Source: a virus
Taxonomy: Duplodnaviria; Caudoviricetes
IMG/VR virus record: IMGVR_UViG_3300033153_008261
Coordinates: 1 to 42,629 of that record
Direction: 5' to 3' (one strand)
DNA length: 42,629 nt
Below the pieces are notes generated by a model. That model was given only the letters and a program-made list of their open reading frames with translations, ran no database searches and was not told where the DNA came from. Shown here piece by piece: positions 15,860 to 26,004 of the stretch (the first letter of the stretch is position 1; every line of letters starts with the position of its first letter). Both the position numbers and the translations under genes were made by a program.

Positions 15860-17734
15860 TTACATTGGCCCTATACACATGACGTAAGCGGCGATGTTGC
15901 TCAGATTCCCGGAGGCGTTGTGATACAGGGTGTCGAACGCTGTCGCGCTGTCCACTACAATACCGCACATTCTAGGGGATATCGGTGTACAAAAACACTG
16001 TGGCGGTGCTGAAAAAATACCCGTATTGATTACCATATCGCAGCCACCACCGCCTCCGATGGTCGAAGCCGACGTAAGCCAATCACCTGTTATTTCTGAG
16101 GTAATTCCACACGTCCCGGAATCTGCGATAAGTGCGGACTCTATTCTGATTCCGTTTGTGCTGCTTTCAACGACCTTCTCCACCCCAACAGCCAGGGCGT
16201 TCTCGCTGACGATGATGTCGAAGTAGCCGTTTTTGTAGGCGGTATATGTCCCTGTGCCAGTATCGGACCCATATCCAACGTGCCGCGTACCGCCAGATCC
16301 GGCCGACCACCAGCTAACCGTGACTAGCCCGGTTGTGGGATCATACTGTCTAAGAACACCAATGTAAGAATCTGAAGGTAGGTCACCCACAAGGGTAGGG
16401 TCCAAATTCCCCGTGCGCCCTGTGCTGCTGTACCACTCATATGTGACGTGCTTGTTTTTCCCGACAAAGATGACCCAGCGCATAGGCTCTGTAGCTGTAC
16501 CCGGCCCAGTGCCATCAACGGTGTAGGTCCGCATCCCATTGGCTGCCGTGACTTTCCCGCTGCCGTCGGTGTCAGCCATAGTGTTCGCACCATTAATTTT
16601 AATCAGGGTGCGGTATTCACCGAGCTGTGTCGGATCGGCTGTGACGCGGGTTCCGTTCGCCAAGAGGGGGGCCATCTTGAACGTGGAGCCGTTGCCCATG
16701 GAGACGCTGGCGTCCCAGCCCTGGATCGGGACGGAAAACTTGAATGAATGCCATGCCGCGATGACAACGATGGAGCTGGCGTTCTGAAGCGTAAGCGGGG
16801 TATCGGAAGCCGGCGCGTACCGCCTGGAGATAAATACGCCGTCAGTGGCGGTCCCTGGTACGGCGATAACAAACCAGGACACCTGAAATGCGTAGTCGCC
16901 ATTGACGATTACTTTTCCGGCATGTCCCTGGTTATTTATCCTACTGGAATCTATGGTTAATCCGTTTGGCAGGCCGATTTTACCTGGGGTCGCGGTCGTG
17001 GTGCCAGTCGTCAATTGCCCACGGACCTCTAAGTCGCCTCCGATTCTCCTCCAGAAAAAATCGACAGCGGCGATGGTCCCAAGCCCTTCCGTGGCCGGCG
17101 TGTAAGCCGTCCAGTTCGTCCCAGCCAGGCCCATTCTGCTGGACGCGATCTTGACCTCGATGTCATCGATATCGATGTACCAAGCCGCTGTGCTCGTGGT
17201 GGCGACATGAAAGCAGAGCCTGTGCGTCCCGTTATCTTTCAAAAACGCAGTGGTTTTATAGATCCCCTCAATTATCGAGATCGTTTCTGTTTTCGGCTTG
17301 ATCAGTTCAGCCGTCGTGGCGTTGTAGAAATAGACCCGAAGATCTGAGGCATCGCCAACCGTTTCAGTGCCGTTCTTTTTGAATGTTACGGAGTATTCTT
17401 GGGTGCCGACATTAATCGGGGTATTGAAAGTGTAGGATACACCTTCACCTAAATGATCCGCTGTGTCTTTACTGATCCTGGCTTTGTTATAGCTGCTCGT
17501 GTTCTGGACAAAAGTTATTCCTGGAACGCCGCCACCGGTGCAGTTGACCGGCTCGGCTACGGCAACATCGTCGTAAAGCTCCCATCTGCCGATATCCTTG
17601 GCACTCTCGAACCCACCACCCTTGATGAAATTGTCGCCACCGGAAAGCACGTCGGTTGTAAGAACTCGATTCGTACCCGCTGTGGCAGCCGTGGCCAGGC
17701 CGATTACTGCAAGAATAGTTAGTAATTTCTTCAT
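15860..17734 (-). CDS. Fibre/receptor-binding-like protein with N-terminal signal peptide
   Basis: MKKLLTILAVIGLATAATA, then a carbohydrate-binding-like GGFES..WYIDIDD region, a WTAYTP..WRRIG..LP.GLTID fibre module and a Cys-rich C-terminal domain. Confidence 0.7.
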   Translation of the reverse strand: MKKLLTILAVIGLATAATAGTNRVLTTDVLSGGDNFIKGGGFESAKDIGRWELYDDVAVAEPVNCTGGGVPGITFVQNTSSYNKARISKDTADHLGEGVSYTFNTPINVGTQEYSVTFKKNGTETVGDASDLRVYFYNATTAELIKPKTETISIIEGIYKTTAFLKDNGTHRLCFHVATTSTAAWYIDIDDIEVKIASSRMGLAGTNWTAYTPATEGLGTIAAVDFFWRRIGGDLEVRGQLTTGTTTATPGKIGLPNGLTIDSSRINNQGHAGKVIVNGDYAFQVSWFVIAVPGTATDGVFISRRYAPASDTPLTLQNASSIVVIAAWHSFKFSVPIQGWDASVSMGNGSTFKMAPLLANGTRVTADPTQLGEYRTLIKINGANTMADTDGSGKVTAANGMRTYTVDGTGPGTATEPMRWVIFVGKNKHVTYEWYSSTGRTGNLDPTLVGDLPSDSYIGVLRQYDPTTGLVTVSWWSAGSGGTRHVGYGSDTGTGTYTAYKNGYFDIIVSENALAVGVEKVVESSTNGIRIESALIADSGTCGITSEITGDWLTSASTIGGGGGCDMVINTGIFSAPPQCFCTPISPRMCGIVVDSATAFDTLYHNASGNLSNIAAYVMCIGPM

Positions 17735-17735
17735 G

Positions 17736-20700
17736 TTATCTCCTGCTCATTTCAACCCAATTGGTGCCGTCAAACAGCAACGTGATCATGTCGCTGGCGC
17801 CCATGGTATACGATCCATTAAGGTCAAGTCCATTACCGTCTTCGATCAGTACGGTATTGGTGTCAGACCGGCCGATGAGGACCAGTTCCTGATTGATAAG
17901 GGAGGCCGGTGCATCGATCTGGGGGTTGGCCGTGATGTCAACCGCTCCACCATTTCCCTGTATGTACCAAATCTGGCGAGGACTGTTGGCGTCTTCAACG
18001 TAGGCAATGCCCGTGCCGGCAACGATATTACTCGGAGCTGCCCTGGTACCTGTAGGTGATAGACCTCCACCACCCGACCCCCCAGCACCTGAGAGGACAC
18101 GCCAACGCTGAGTCGTGCTGTCATATTGGAGAGATAGGGCACCGCCATCGTTTATCGTGATGTCGTCGTCGATGCCAGTGATAATCCTGTCTGCGGCCGC
18201 CGGGTTGGCGTCCTGGTCGTTCACCGTCAGCGCGTTCCCGGTGACATTATGGATCGTCAGCATCTTCCCATCTGTGCCGTCATCGATACCGCGCAGCGTA
18301 ACAACGCCTGCGTTAGTCAGCCGGATCGCGGCCTTGCCAGTGGTGTCCAGGGCATCGATGTTGCCAGCTGTGGCGTCGTTATCCTGGGGCGTGTGCAGTT
18401 CGCTATCGATATTAAACGGAGCAATTACCTGTACTTCGGACGTCACCTCTACGTCAATGACATCGGTGTTGATCTTGGGTGTCTCCACGCCACCCGTGGA
18501 ATTGATGGCCATGATGTTGGTACCACCATTGGTCCAGATCTGAAAATAATCAGCGGCCTGAGCGTTGTAACCCTTGAGGTAGATCCCCTCTTCATTGGGT
18601 CCGACCGTATTGATGATCTCCAAAACCGCAATAGTTGGCATCGTGTTGATTCCGATTCGGCCATCTGTCGACAAAAACAACTGATCATTGTTTCCGCCGG
18701 CCTGAAACTCAATCGGATATACGGTCCCGGTTCCTCTGGCACGAGACACGATTTGATAGTTCCCGGCAACAGAAGAAAACTGCGAAGACATCCAGGCAAC
18801 GTCGGTATCAGAGGGTTGGCCCTCGGCAAAGAGCCTGAACCCAACGTTCTCGGTTGCATCGCCGGTCTTCGTGATGAAATTCAATAACGTGTGATCAGTT
18901 GTGCCCTGAAGATACAGGCCGAGGTCAACACCCGCACTGCGATATCCCCAGACATAATCCTCTGGTGCGCCATTAATATCCATCGTCACGGTGTCTGACC
19001 GCAAAGAGATGTCTCCGGCACTGTCGGTAGCATTGGACTGTAGCGAGAGATCCCCGCCGGCACCGGTGTCGCCACTGGCGGTCTGTCCGCCGGCCCTGCC
19101 GTTGATATCAAAATATCTGACGTGGTCGTCATCACTGAGGCCGGCCAACGAACCGTGGTCCGTGGTCACGGTCGCTGAGAACGTGGTGTCAAAAACGGTC
19201 TCAACGGCTGATGCCGATCCCGCGCCCTCTTGGAATACTACGCGACCGATCAGAATGGCGTGCTCACCAAGTCTGTCCGGAAGTCCATTCGGTGCGGATT
19301 CCGCCTGGGCCTGTGCAAGAACCGGGTATTGAGCGCGGCCATAAATTGAAACCAAGCCGCCGTCGGTCTCCAGATAGAAGTACTGGTTGGAATACCTGTT
19401 CGCCGAAAGTGCTGTGAGCACGCCGGCGAGGTCATAATTCGCGTTGTCCCACTGCGTCTGCGCGGCCTGTTTTGTGAAACTTCCGTAATACCTATCGAAA
19501 TCATCTGCTCCGGAGGTGTCCAGGGCTGATATCGAATGCGAATGCAGGGCCGTCCATAGGGCGCCGGCGGACACTATGACCTCTCTCGTCCCGGTCTCAT
19601 CCAGGATCAGGCCACCGATCTTCTCGTCGCGTGCGATGGGTTCGACACCACTGAAACGATCAAATATGTTTTTAACGGCGTTGGCTACGTTTTGCTCGTG
19701 CTCGGAGATATGAAGCGTTCCGGCCTCATTGACCACGACTCCAAGCGTAAAGTCATCGTTCCCGTTGAAATTATCGGAGGCGCGGATCGATACCTGCGGA
19801 GTCCCAGCGTTATATTCCACTCCGATATATCTGGTGGTATCGGCGGGGATGGCCTGGGCCAGTGCGGCACCCCAGTCGAAAAACCGGACCTCAGACGTAT
19901 CGGTATTTGCGATACGGATCGCGCCAGCCCCGGCCGTGATGTCGATTGTGGCGCCTCCGGCGTCGGATATCACCCCTCCAGAGATCTGCCCGGCCGAGTT
20001 GAATACCGTATTGGAGTCCTCAATCGTCGTGTATGTCGGCGATCCGATAACCGGCAACGTGATGTCATTGTCCGTGGCAACCATCGATTTTCCAGAAACC
20101 GTTTGAACACTGTCGTGGTCTACAAATTCATGCAGTGCGGCACCGTCGTCGTATTTCGGAAGCGCGGCCACCGTGTTGTAGTACACGCGGCCGATCTGAG
20201 CCGCGCCTGGGTCTCCAGCGATGTTCTCCAGCCTCATGTTGAGCATCTGCCTGTCGTTCACGTCCGGGTCCGTGGCGCCAGCGGAGGCTCCGTTGGCCAG
20301 GGCTTCGGCCCAGTCGGACACGAAGGCCTTAAACACTGAGCCGTCATCGTAATACATCGAGCTGTCTGACGTGTTGAAGACTATCCGGCCGGGGTTCCCG
20401 AAAGCCGGCAGAGGTGCGGCGAGATTCTCGGCCCTCATGTTCAGCATCTGACGCAGATTGACGTCCGGGTCCGTGCCGCCGGCCGAAGCTCCGGAGCCGA
20501 GCACCTGAGACCAAGTCGGCATCGTGCTCGTGCCGAGCGAGAACCAGGCTATCCCGTTCTCAAACAGCAGCTCACCGGTTGCCGTCTTGTACACCATGCG
20601 CCCGGCGTTCCCTGGGGCTGGCTCAATCGGCACGTTGTCAACGAGGAAGTTCTCGATTTCATTGACGTTCATGTCCAGCGATCCGTTGATACTGAAAGAA

Positions 20701-21989
20701 TCGGCCGTGGACTTATTCGTCATTGTCTGGATGGCATCCTTCAGGATAAGGGTGTCATCTGCCAAATCAGGAACGACGTGGCCTGCCACGCCAACACCAC
20801 CACCGAGGATATTGGACATGATCGGGGGACTCGAAAACGTCTTGGTACCCGATATGGTTTGGTTGGCGTTTAGGAGGGATACGTTGGCACTCAAGGCGGC
20901 ATCTTGAAGGTTGGTGATGGTGTTGGCAGCGCCTGACAACGTCTTGTTGGAAAGGGTCTGAGTGTCCGTCTCGGTCACGACAGTACGAATATTGGGACCA
21001 CTGATCCCAAATTTCATGCGGTCGCTGGCTGTATTGAACCAGAGCCGTCCAAGTGCCGGGGAGCCGACATCAAAAGCCAGGTTCTCCACCAGTAGCTCAA
21101 TGGCTTCATTACCGTTGAAATCGATGTCCGTGGCGCCGGCCGAGTTCCCAATGGTCAGCGTCTGGGCCAGGGTGTTCGTGTTCCCGAGCTGGTTCCATGA
21201 CGCAGAGTGGTAGATATTGACCTGATTTGTCCCGGTGTCGAAGTAGATCTTCCCGTCCACCGTGGCCGGAGGAACACCGGTCGAGTGCAGGATCATGTCC
21301 AGGGCTTCATTGTCATTGAAGTCGATGTCCGTGGCCCCTGCCGAGTTTCCGACCGACAGGACGGACGACAGGCTCTGCGCTCCACCGATGGCGGTGATTG
21401 CCGCTCCGGTATCGAGCTTCAATTCTGTTGACGTGGTGTTCCAGAAGAGTCGCCCTGCGGAACCAGGCGCCGGATCTCCGGCCAGGTTCTCTGCCCTGAA
21501 GTCCAGAATCTCCTGGCCATTCATGTCAATGTCGAATGTTCCTGCGGAGTTACCGGCGTTCAGCACGGACTGTAATGTATTGACTCCGGTGCCGGCCACG
21601 CTCACCCAGACTGAGCCGTCGCAGATCTTGAACAGGCCTTCGACCGTGTTCCACATCAGCTTGCCGAGCTGCCCACCCGCGCATGACGGATCGCTGGACA
21701 GATTCTGAACCCGGAAATCGATCGCCTCGGTCAGGTTGAAATCGATCGGGGTCGTGCATTCGTTGTCCACACTCAGGACGTCTTCAAGGTCCGTGTTGTG
21801 GCCGTTGCTGTCCGCCTCGTGGGCGTTGTACTGGCTACGGACCGTGCCGAAGTTCGCGTTGACCTCGGAGGCTCTGATGGTGGTCCCGGCTGTGAAGTTG
21901 TACGGATACGTGATCGCGGCGCCGGCCGTCTTGGTCACGAGAAGAATGCCAGCCAGTACTGCTAAAAAGACACCAATTTTTTTGGTCAT
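17736..21989 (-). CDS. Long tail fibre with internal repeats and N-terminal signal peptide
   Basis: MTKKIGVFLAVLAGILLVTKTAGA followed by the FTAGTTIRASEVNANF attachment-type motif; TDTQTLSNKTL fibre motif; DHGSLAGLSDDDH motif; seven ~60-70 aa repeats. Confidence 0.82.
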   Translation of the reverse strand: MTKKIGVFLAVLAGILLVTKTAGAAITYPYNFTAGTTIRASEVNANFGTVRSQYNAHEADSNGHNTDLEDVLSVDNECTTPIDFNLTEAIDFRVQNLSSDPSCAGGQLGKLMWNTVEGLFKICDGSVWVSVAGTGVNTLQSVLNAGNSAGTFDIDMNGQEILDFRAENLAGDPAPGSAGRLFWNTTSTELKLDTGAAITAIGGAQSLSSVLSVGNSAGATDIDFNDNEALDMILHSTGVPPATVDGKIYFDTGTNQVNIYHSASWNQLGNTNTLAQTLTIGNSAGATDIDFNGNEAIELLVENLAFDVGSPALGRLWFNTASDRMKFGISGPNIRTVVTETDTQTLSNKTLSGAANTITNLQDAALSANVSLLNANQTISGTKTFSSPPIMSNILGGGVGVAGHVVPDLADDTLILKDAIQTMTNKSTADSFSINGSLDMNVNEIENFLVDNVPIEPAPGNAGRMVYKTATGELLFENGIAWFSLGTSTMPTWSQVLGSGASAGGTDPDVNLRQMLNMRAENLAAPLPAFGNPGRIVFNTSDSSMYYDDGSVFKAFVSDWAEALANGASAGATDPDVNDRQMLNMRLENIAGDPGAAQIGRVYYNTVAALPKYDDGAALHEFVDHDSVQTVSGKSMVATDNDITLPVIGSPTYTTIEDSNTVFNSAGQISGGVISDAGGATIDITAGAGAIRIANTDTSEVRFFDWGAALAQAIPADTTRYIGVEYNAGTPQVSIRASDNFNGNDDFTLGVVVNEAGTLHISEHEQNVANAVKNIFDRFSGVEPIARDEKIGGLILDETGTREVIVSAGALWTALHSHSISALDTSGADDFDRYYGSFTKQAAQTQWDNANYDLAGVLTALSANRYSNQYFYLETDGGLVSIYGRAQYPVLAQAQAESAPNGLPDRLGEHAILIGRVVFQEGAGSASAVETVFDTTFSATVTTDHGSLAGLSDDDHVRYFDINGRAGGQTASGDTGAGGDLSLQSNATDSAGDISLRSDTVTMDINGAPEDYVWGYRSAGVDLGLYLQGTTDHTLLNFITKTGDATENVGFRLFAEGQPSDTDVAWMSSQFSSVAGNYQIVSRARGTGTVYPIEFQAGGNNDQLFLSTDGRIGINTMPTIAVLEIINTVGPNEEGIYLKGYNAQAADYFQIWTNGGTNIMAINSTGGVETPKINTDVIDVEVTSEVQVIAPFNIDSELHTPQDNDATAGNIDALDTTGKAAIRLTNAGVVTLRGIDDGTDGKMLTIHNVTGNALTVNDQDANPAAADRIITGIDDDITINDGGALSLQYDSTTQRWRVLSGAGGSGGGGLSPTGTRAAPSNIVAGTGIAYVEDANSPRQIWYIQGNGGAVDITANPQIDAPASLINQELVLIGRSDTNTVLIEDGNGLDLNGSYTMGASDMITLLFDGTNWVEMSRR
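20140..21795 (-). repeat. Seven degenerate ~60-70 aa repeats within the tail fibre
   Basis: Consensus TL.SVL..GNSAG.TDIDFN.NE.......ENL..DP.....GRL.(W/F)NT; near-identical DNA stretches, e.g. ACGTCCGGGTCCGTG at 20260 and 20461. Confidence 0.8.
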
Positions 21990-24493
21990 GTTATACGTCT
22001 CCGCTCGGCCTTCGAAAGAATCCCGATTGCCTTAATGATAATCAGGGCATTGTCCTCATGGGTAATTCTTGCCCGGTACGTCTTTCCAAGCAAGGCTATA
22101 TCCCCAAAAAACAGGTTGTCAGCAAAAAATAGTGCGTCACCGAAGGCTGAAGCGTCCCAGCTGGAGCTGTCCCAAACGGCCGCGCCATCCGAGAGCTTCT
22201 TTGATACCTCGTCATAATTTGAATCAGCGAACCCCTGCACCCTGACATTGTGTGTATACGCCGTGTCATAGAACATTTCCAGGAACGTCCCCATGATCCG
22301 TTTCAGGTGGAAGATCATGTTCTGGTCGTATTTCTTGGTCTCCAAGATCGAGACGACATTGGACCCAATATGCTGATATGTAGAGGTATCGTCCATCTCG
22401 TACACGCCGGCACTGACCCTGGAATCAGCCGCGTACCTCACGTTGTCCCTGGGGTCCACGATCTGTGCATCGATATTGATCCCAATATGAGGTCCGGACC
22501 ATGTGATCGGACTTTTCTCTGCCACCCTGATGTCAGCCCAGAGCTGTGCGTCATTGTAGGTAGATGCCGATGTTGATGGGTATGTAATTTTTACATGGTT
22601 CTCGTGCTCAACCATTGTCGGCATACGACCAAGCGTGTCGTTCGCCTGTAGGTGCTCCATGGCCGGCTGGACCTTCCCGCCGATTGGAACCGGTTCTCCA
22701 GTGGTAGGCCGGAACAGATACAGGATGCCGTCTGAGCCAAGAAACACGGTGCCAATTTTTGTCGGTCCGATAGCCCGATAGGCCACTACCCCGATCTTTG
22801 ACGAGAGGAACTCCAGAGGTTCTGCGATTCCAGCAGCCGGATCGGAAAATGCTGACGTCCGCCATATACCGTGCTTCTTGCATACAGCCAATTGTGTCTG
22901 CGGTCCTGCGTCCGCGCTGGTGTACGCTGAAATCCCAAGCGCCTCGACTCCAGTGTCAAAACTGTCGCCAATGGTCATGAATCTCAGATCCGTGCCGGTC
23001 CCGCCGACAACCCAGTTTCTCGGGGTGTTGGCATTGGTGGCAAAAATCTGGTTCTTCGTGTCCAAGGAGGCGTAAACAAGGCTGTCTTTGAAGGCGATGA
23101 GCCGGTGCAGGTCCCGTGGCATCACGGTGTCGAACGTCTCCAAATGGCTGCACATGGTATATCCGTCGATCTGGATCGGGATCTGTGAACCGTTCACAAA
23201 ATAGCTGATGCCCTGATATGCCTCGAATTGTGGGCTACTGTACGTGTTCCCTCGCTTGGCGTAGACGCCCTCGAACGTGCTGTCGTGCAAGATCATACCA
23301 AACCTGTACACGGGAGATCCAGCGGCCGGAGCAATAGCTGAATTATCGTACGGGTCCAGGAACGTCTGCCCTGCATTCAGAACATATTCAGTGCGGGACA
23401 TGAACAGCTCGTGGACGTCGGCGGCCTCGTTTTTCCGAAGGATGATACCGTATAACTTATTGGAAATATTGGGGTCTGCTATCGGTGTGGCCTGGCTGAA
23501 ATACACCTCAGTGTCGGCGCCACCGGACAGATTGATCGCTGCCGTCTGAGCATTGTGCGGCGTTGGCAGCACATCGATAATAATCTCCCCAGGTGCTCCA
23601 CCGCTGCGGTCGAAAAAGCCGACGAACATCATCGGGTGGTTTTTTGGATCGTTGGTTCCGATAAATATATAGGCGTCTTTTGCACCGTTCGCAGAGATGA
23701 CCGGCTGTAGGTTGTCAACTTTGATCTGGCTCTCGTTGCCTGTCAGTCGGATTGATTTAACTTTTCCAATCTTCACGATTGCCGTTGGGTTGGTGCCACC
23801 CGACTCAGCGAGCCATGCTAGTCCGATAAAATATGTTTTGTTCCCAGGGAGGAATCCTCCTGCCCCGAGCGCCTCCAAGTCAAAATCCGCTATCGGGTCC
23901 AGTCGAGCAGCCGGGAGGCCTATAAACTGCTGCATTTGGAGCGTGCCGGCCGCATCCAGAGTTCCGATGTACGTGTACTCGGTGTTGATCCCAGCCACCC
24001 TGGCAAAGATATTGGCACCCTTCACGCCTGCCGGGAAAGCCGGAATTATGATATCCACCGGGGTTGTGTTCGTCGTTGGAGTGATGCTCGCAACCGGGCC
24101 AATGGCGGATTCGCGGCTCAAGCCAAGCCATGTATAGACAACGTCAACTTGTGCCTTTGCAGCTCCTCCAAAAATGTCACCTGTGCCCGCTCCGTTCTGC
24201 ACGGTAGGGGCCTGGTTGGGGGCGGGCAGGAATAAGCCAGCTGTGGCCTTGCAGTGATGAAGCCGGAAATTCTCGATTCCGCTGTGATAATGAACACCTG
24301 TGACTCTTCCAATGCCAGTAAGGTCGGCCGGAGACAGATCATTGGTCGAGCCAGGAGTTTTATACAGCAGCCCCTTGAATTTCGGATACCAGCCCTGGAG
24401 CTTCCGGAACTCGGTGTCGCCCATTTTCAGGCCGTCGTCTCGAAGGTTCAACCCTGCTGGGGGGGCGATGGTCAGCTCTTGGAATTTGTCCAC
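21986..24493 (-). CDS. Tail tubular/DNA stabilisation protein (P22 gp10/T7 gp12-like) with inserted beta domains
   Basis: AGLNLRD N-terminus, beta-propeller-like GVVAYRAI..T..G.VFLGSDG.LYLF, C-terminal WDSSSWD; follows the adaptor gene. Confidence 0.75.
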   Translation of the reverse strand: MDKFQELTIAPPAGLNLRDDGLKMGDTEFRKLQGWYPKFKGLLYKTPGSTNDLSPADLTGIGRVTGVHYHSGIENFRLHHCKATAGLFLPAPNQAPTVQNGAGTGDIFGGAAKAQVDVVYTWLGLSRESAIGPVASITPTTNTTPVDIIIPAFPAGVKGANIFARVAGINTEYTYIGTLDAAGTLQMQQFIGLPAARLDPIADFDLEALGAGGFLPGNKTYFIGLAWLAESGGTNPTAIVKIGKVKSIRLTGNESQIKVDNLQPVISANGAKDAYIFIGTNDPKNHPMMFVGFFDRSGGAPGEIIIDVLPTPHNAQTAAINLSGGADTEVYFSQATPIADPNISNKLYGIILRKNEAADVHELFMSRTEYVLNAGQTFLDPYDNSAIAPAAGSPVYRFGMILHDSTFEGVYAKRGNTYSSPQFEAYQGISYFVNGSQIPIQIDGYTMCSHLETFDTVMPRDLHRLIAFKDSLVYASLDTKNQIFATNANTPRNWVVGGTGTDLRFMTIGDSFDTGVEALGISAYTSADAGPQTQLAVCKKHGIWRTSAFSDPAAGIAEPLEFLSSKIGVVAYRAIGPTKIGTVFLGSDGILYLFRPTTGEPVPIGGKVQPAMEHLQANDTLGRMPTMVEHENHVKITYPSTSASTYNDAQLWADIRVAEKSPITWSGPHIGINIDAQIVDPRDNVRYAADSRVSAGVYEMDDTSTYQHIGSNVVSILETKKYDQNMIFHLKRIMGTFLEMFYDTAYTHNVRVQGFADSNYDEVSKKLSDGAAVWDSSSWDASAFGDALFFADNLFFGDIALLGKTYRARITHEDNALIIIKAIGILSKAERRRIT

Positions 24494-25162
24494 CTAGAAC
24501 CTCCGGGGATTTCTGAATCTCGACGGGTTCAGTGTAACCCGAACCGAGCCTCCCTGCTGTGGAAATACGCCTCTACGGTACTTCGCAGCCTCCTGGTCGG
24601 CGCGGTCAAGAGCAACGTACTGACGCTCGTCGTCAACGTATTCAAAGATCTCAGCCTTCAGAAGATTAACCAGAACCTTGTCGTTTGGATACCATGGGTA
24701 GTCGTTGTCCCCGCCGGCCCCGAGTTCAATATCGGCCGGCAGTTTGTAATAAACCAGGACCAGCGGATATGCCTTGTCGGCCTTCACGTTGAACCGGATC
24801 AGCCCGGCTTCCTGATCGATCGTGTAGAAAAGCGGCGGTCCGGTGCTGTCGATGGCGTCGGCCCGGTAGCCATTGAGCATGGTGAAATCGTCGTTGGATT
24901 TCTCAATCAGAGGTATCCGGTTTTCACCCATGAGAAGATTTTCCATCCCGGCCCCGTAATCCGTGGGCACCGAGGCGGTACTTGACCCTGTCGCAAGAGT
25001 ACCCGACCCCGTTTTACGCAGGACCGGGTACCGATTTCTCAGAGCTTCGTCTTTCAAGACGTCGTTGAGGAAGATCTCAGCCAGTTCTTTGATTTCAACG
25101 CCACGCCCGGCTTTCTTCAACGCAACGAGTACGACATCCGAACGCTTTTTGCTGCTCATCAT
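24494..25162 (-). CDS. Head-tail adaptor (P22 gp4/T7 gp11-like)
   Basis: TGPPLFYTI...IRF...ADKAY.L.L.YYKLP adaptor-type pattern; position in the operon. Confidence 0.7.
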   Translation of the reverse strand: MMSSKKRSDVVLVALKKAGRGVEIKELAEIFLNDVLKDEALRNRYPVLRKTGSGTLATGSSTASVPTDYGAGMENLLMGENRIPLIEKSNDDFTMLNGYRADAIDSTGPPLFYTIDQEAGLIRFNVKADKAYPLVLVYYKLPADIELGAGGDNDYPWYPNDKVLVNLLKAEIFEYVDDERQYVALDRADQEAAKYRRGVFPQQGGSVRVTLNPSRFRNPRRF

Positions 25163-25174
25163 TCCTCCGGCACA

Positions 25175-25465
25175 TCAGGAACTCTTCTCGGCCCCCTGTT
25201 CTTTGATCAAGGCCTGGTATCGTTCCTGAATGCTCATCCGTCTATCTTCGCCCAGCTGGCAGATTTCATCCAGTTTTTTCTGTTTCGACGCCGCAGTATC
25301 CCACAGGTGAAAATTCGCATTCAACTGTAGGTGCTCGCCGTGGTCAGTTTCTTTCGACACGCTGACAATATTTGTCACCATGGCTTGACGCAGCATCTTG
25401 AGCGCATATACGGCCGCCAGAAACACCAGGATTCCGAACCCAACATCAAACAATAATCCGTCCAT
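25175..25465 (-). CDS. Hypothetical membrane-anchored protein
   Basis: N-terminal TM segment LLFDVGFGILVFLAAVYAL; GGAG RBS. Confidence 0.65.
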   Translation of the reverse strand: MDGLLFDVGFGILVFLAAVYALKMLRQAMVTNIVSVSKETDHGEHLQLNANFHLWDTAASKQKKLDEICQLGEDRRMSIQERYQALIKEQGAEKSS

Positions 25466-25468
25466 GAC

Positions 25469-25951
25469 TTACTCCCCGGCCTGAATGCGCCGGACGACGC
25501 GGGCTTCGTATCCGCCACCAATCCTGGCAACCAGGGTGTGATCCGTTCCGAGCGCCTCGGATAACAGCCGCATCTTGTGCTTGCCGACCATCTCCTGCAT
25601 ACACCGGACGGTATTAATGGGCGCGATACCTGTGCGCGGCATCTTTTTGCCGTTGATTTTGACGTCAACGCCGACAGGACCCAGGTCGTATTCGACCATT
25701 TCCTCTGCCGTTTTCTTCTGTTCGGCGAGCATCATGCGCTTGGCCTTCGCGGGGGCGATACCAAGGGCTTTGAGAGTCTCTTCCGTGCCCTGCATCACTC
25801 CATCACTGAATGACTTCTCGGGCGCGGCCGGTTTGTCCACGGGCGCTACGGGAGCAGCGGCCACGGGGGCGGGGGCTTCGACCTTCTTCTTTGGCCGGCC
25901 TCTTGTTTTCTTCTCCGGCTTCACTTCCGTCTTACCTGTTTCCTCAACCAT
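25469..25951 (-). CDS. Hypothetical protein with AT-hook-like RGRPKK motif
   Basis: GAGGAGG RBS; directly after the MCP terminator. Confidence 0.7.
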   Translation of the reverse strand: MVEETGKTEVKPEKKTRGRPKKKVEAPAPVAAAPVAPVDKPAAPEKSFSDGVMQGTEETLKALGIAPAKAKRMMLAEQKKTAEEMVEYDLGPVGVDVKINGKKMPRTGIAPINTVRCMQEMVGKHKMRLLSEALGTDHTLVARIGGGYEARVVRRIQAGE

Positions 25952-25962
25952 TTGGCCTCCTC

Positions 25963-25998
25963 AAAAAAAGGAGGGGAGAGCACTAAAGCCCTCCCCTC
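25963..25998 (-). terminator. Intrinsic terminator after major capsid gene
   Basis: GAGGGGAG/CTCCCCTC stem with a T7 run on the minus strand, 7 nt after the MCP stop. Confidence 0.8.
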
Positions 25999-26004
25999 AC
26001 TAGG

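Noticed and set aside
15860-21989. Diversity-generating retroelement or invertase acting on the fibres
   Set aside because: No reverse transcriptase or serine/tyrosine recombinase in the genome; no adenine-variant TR/VR pair noticed.
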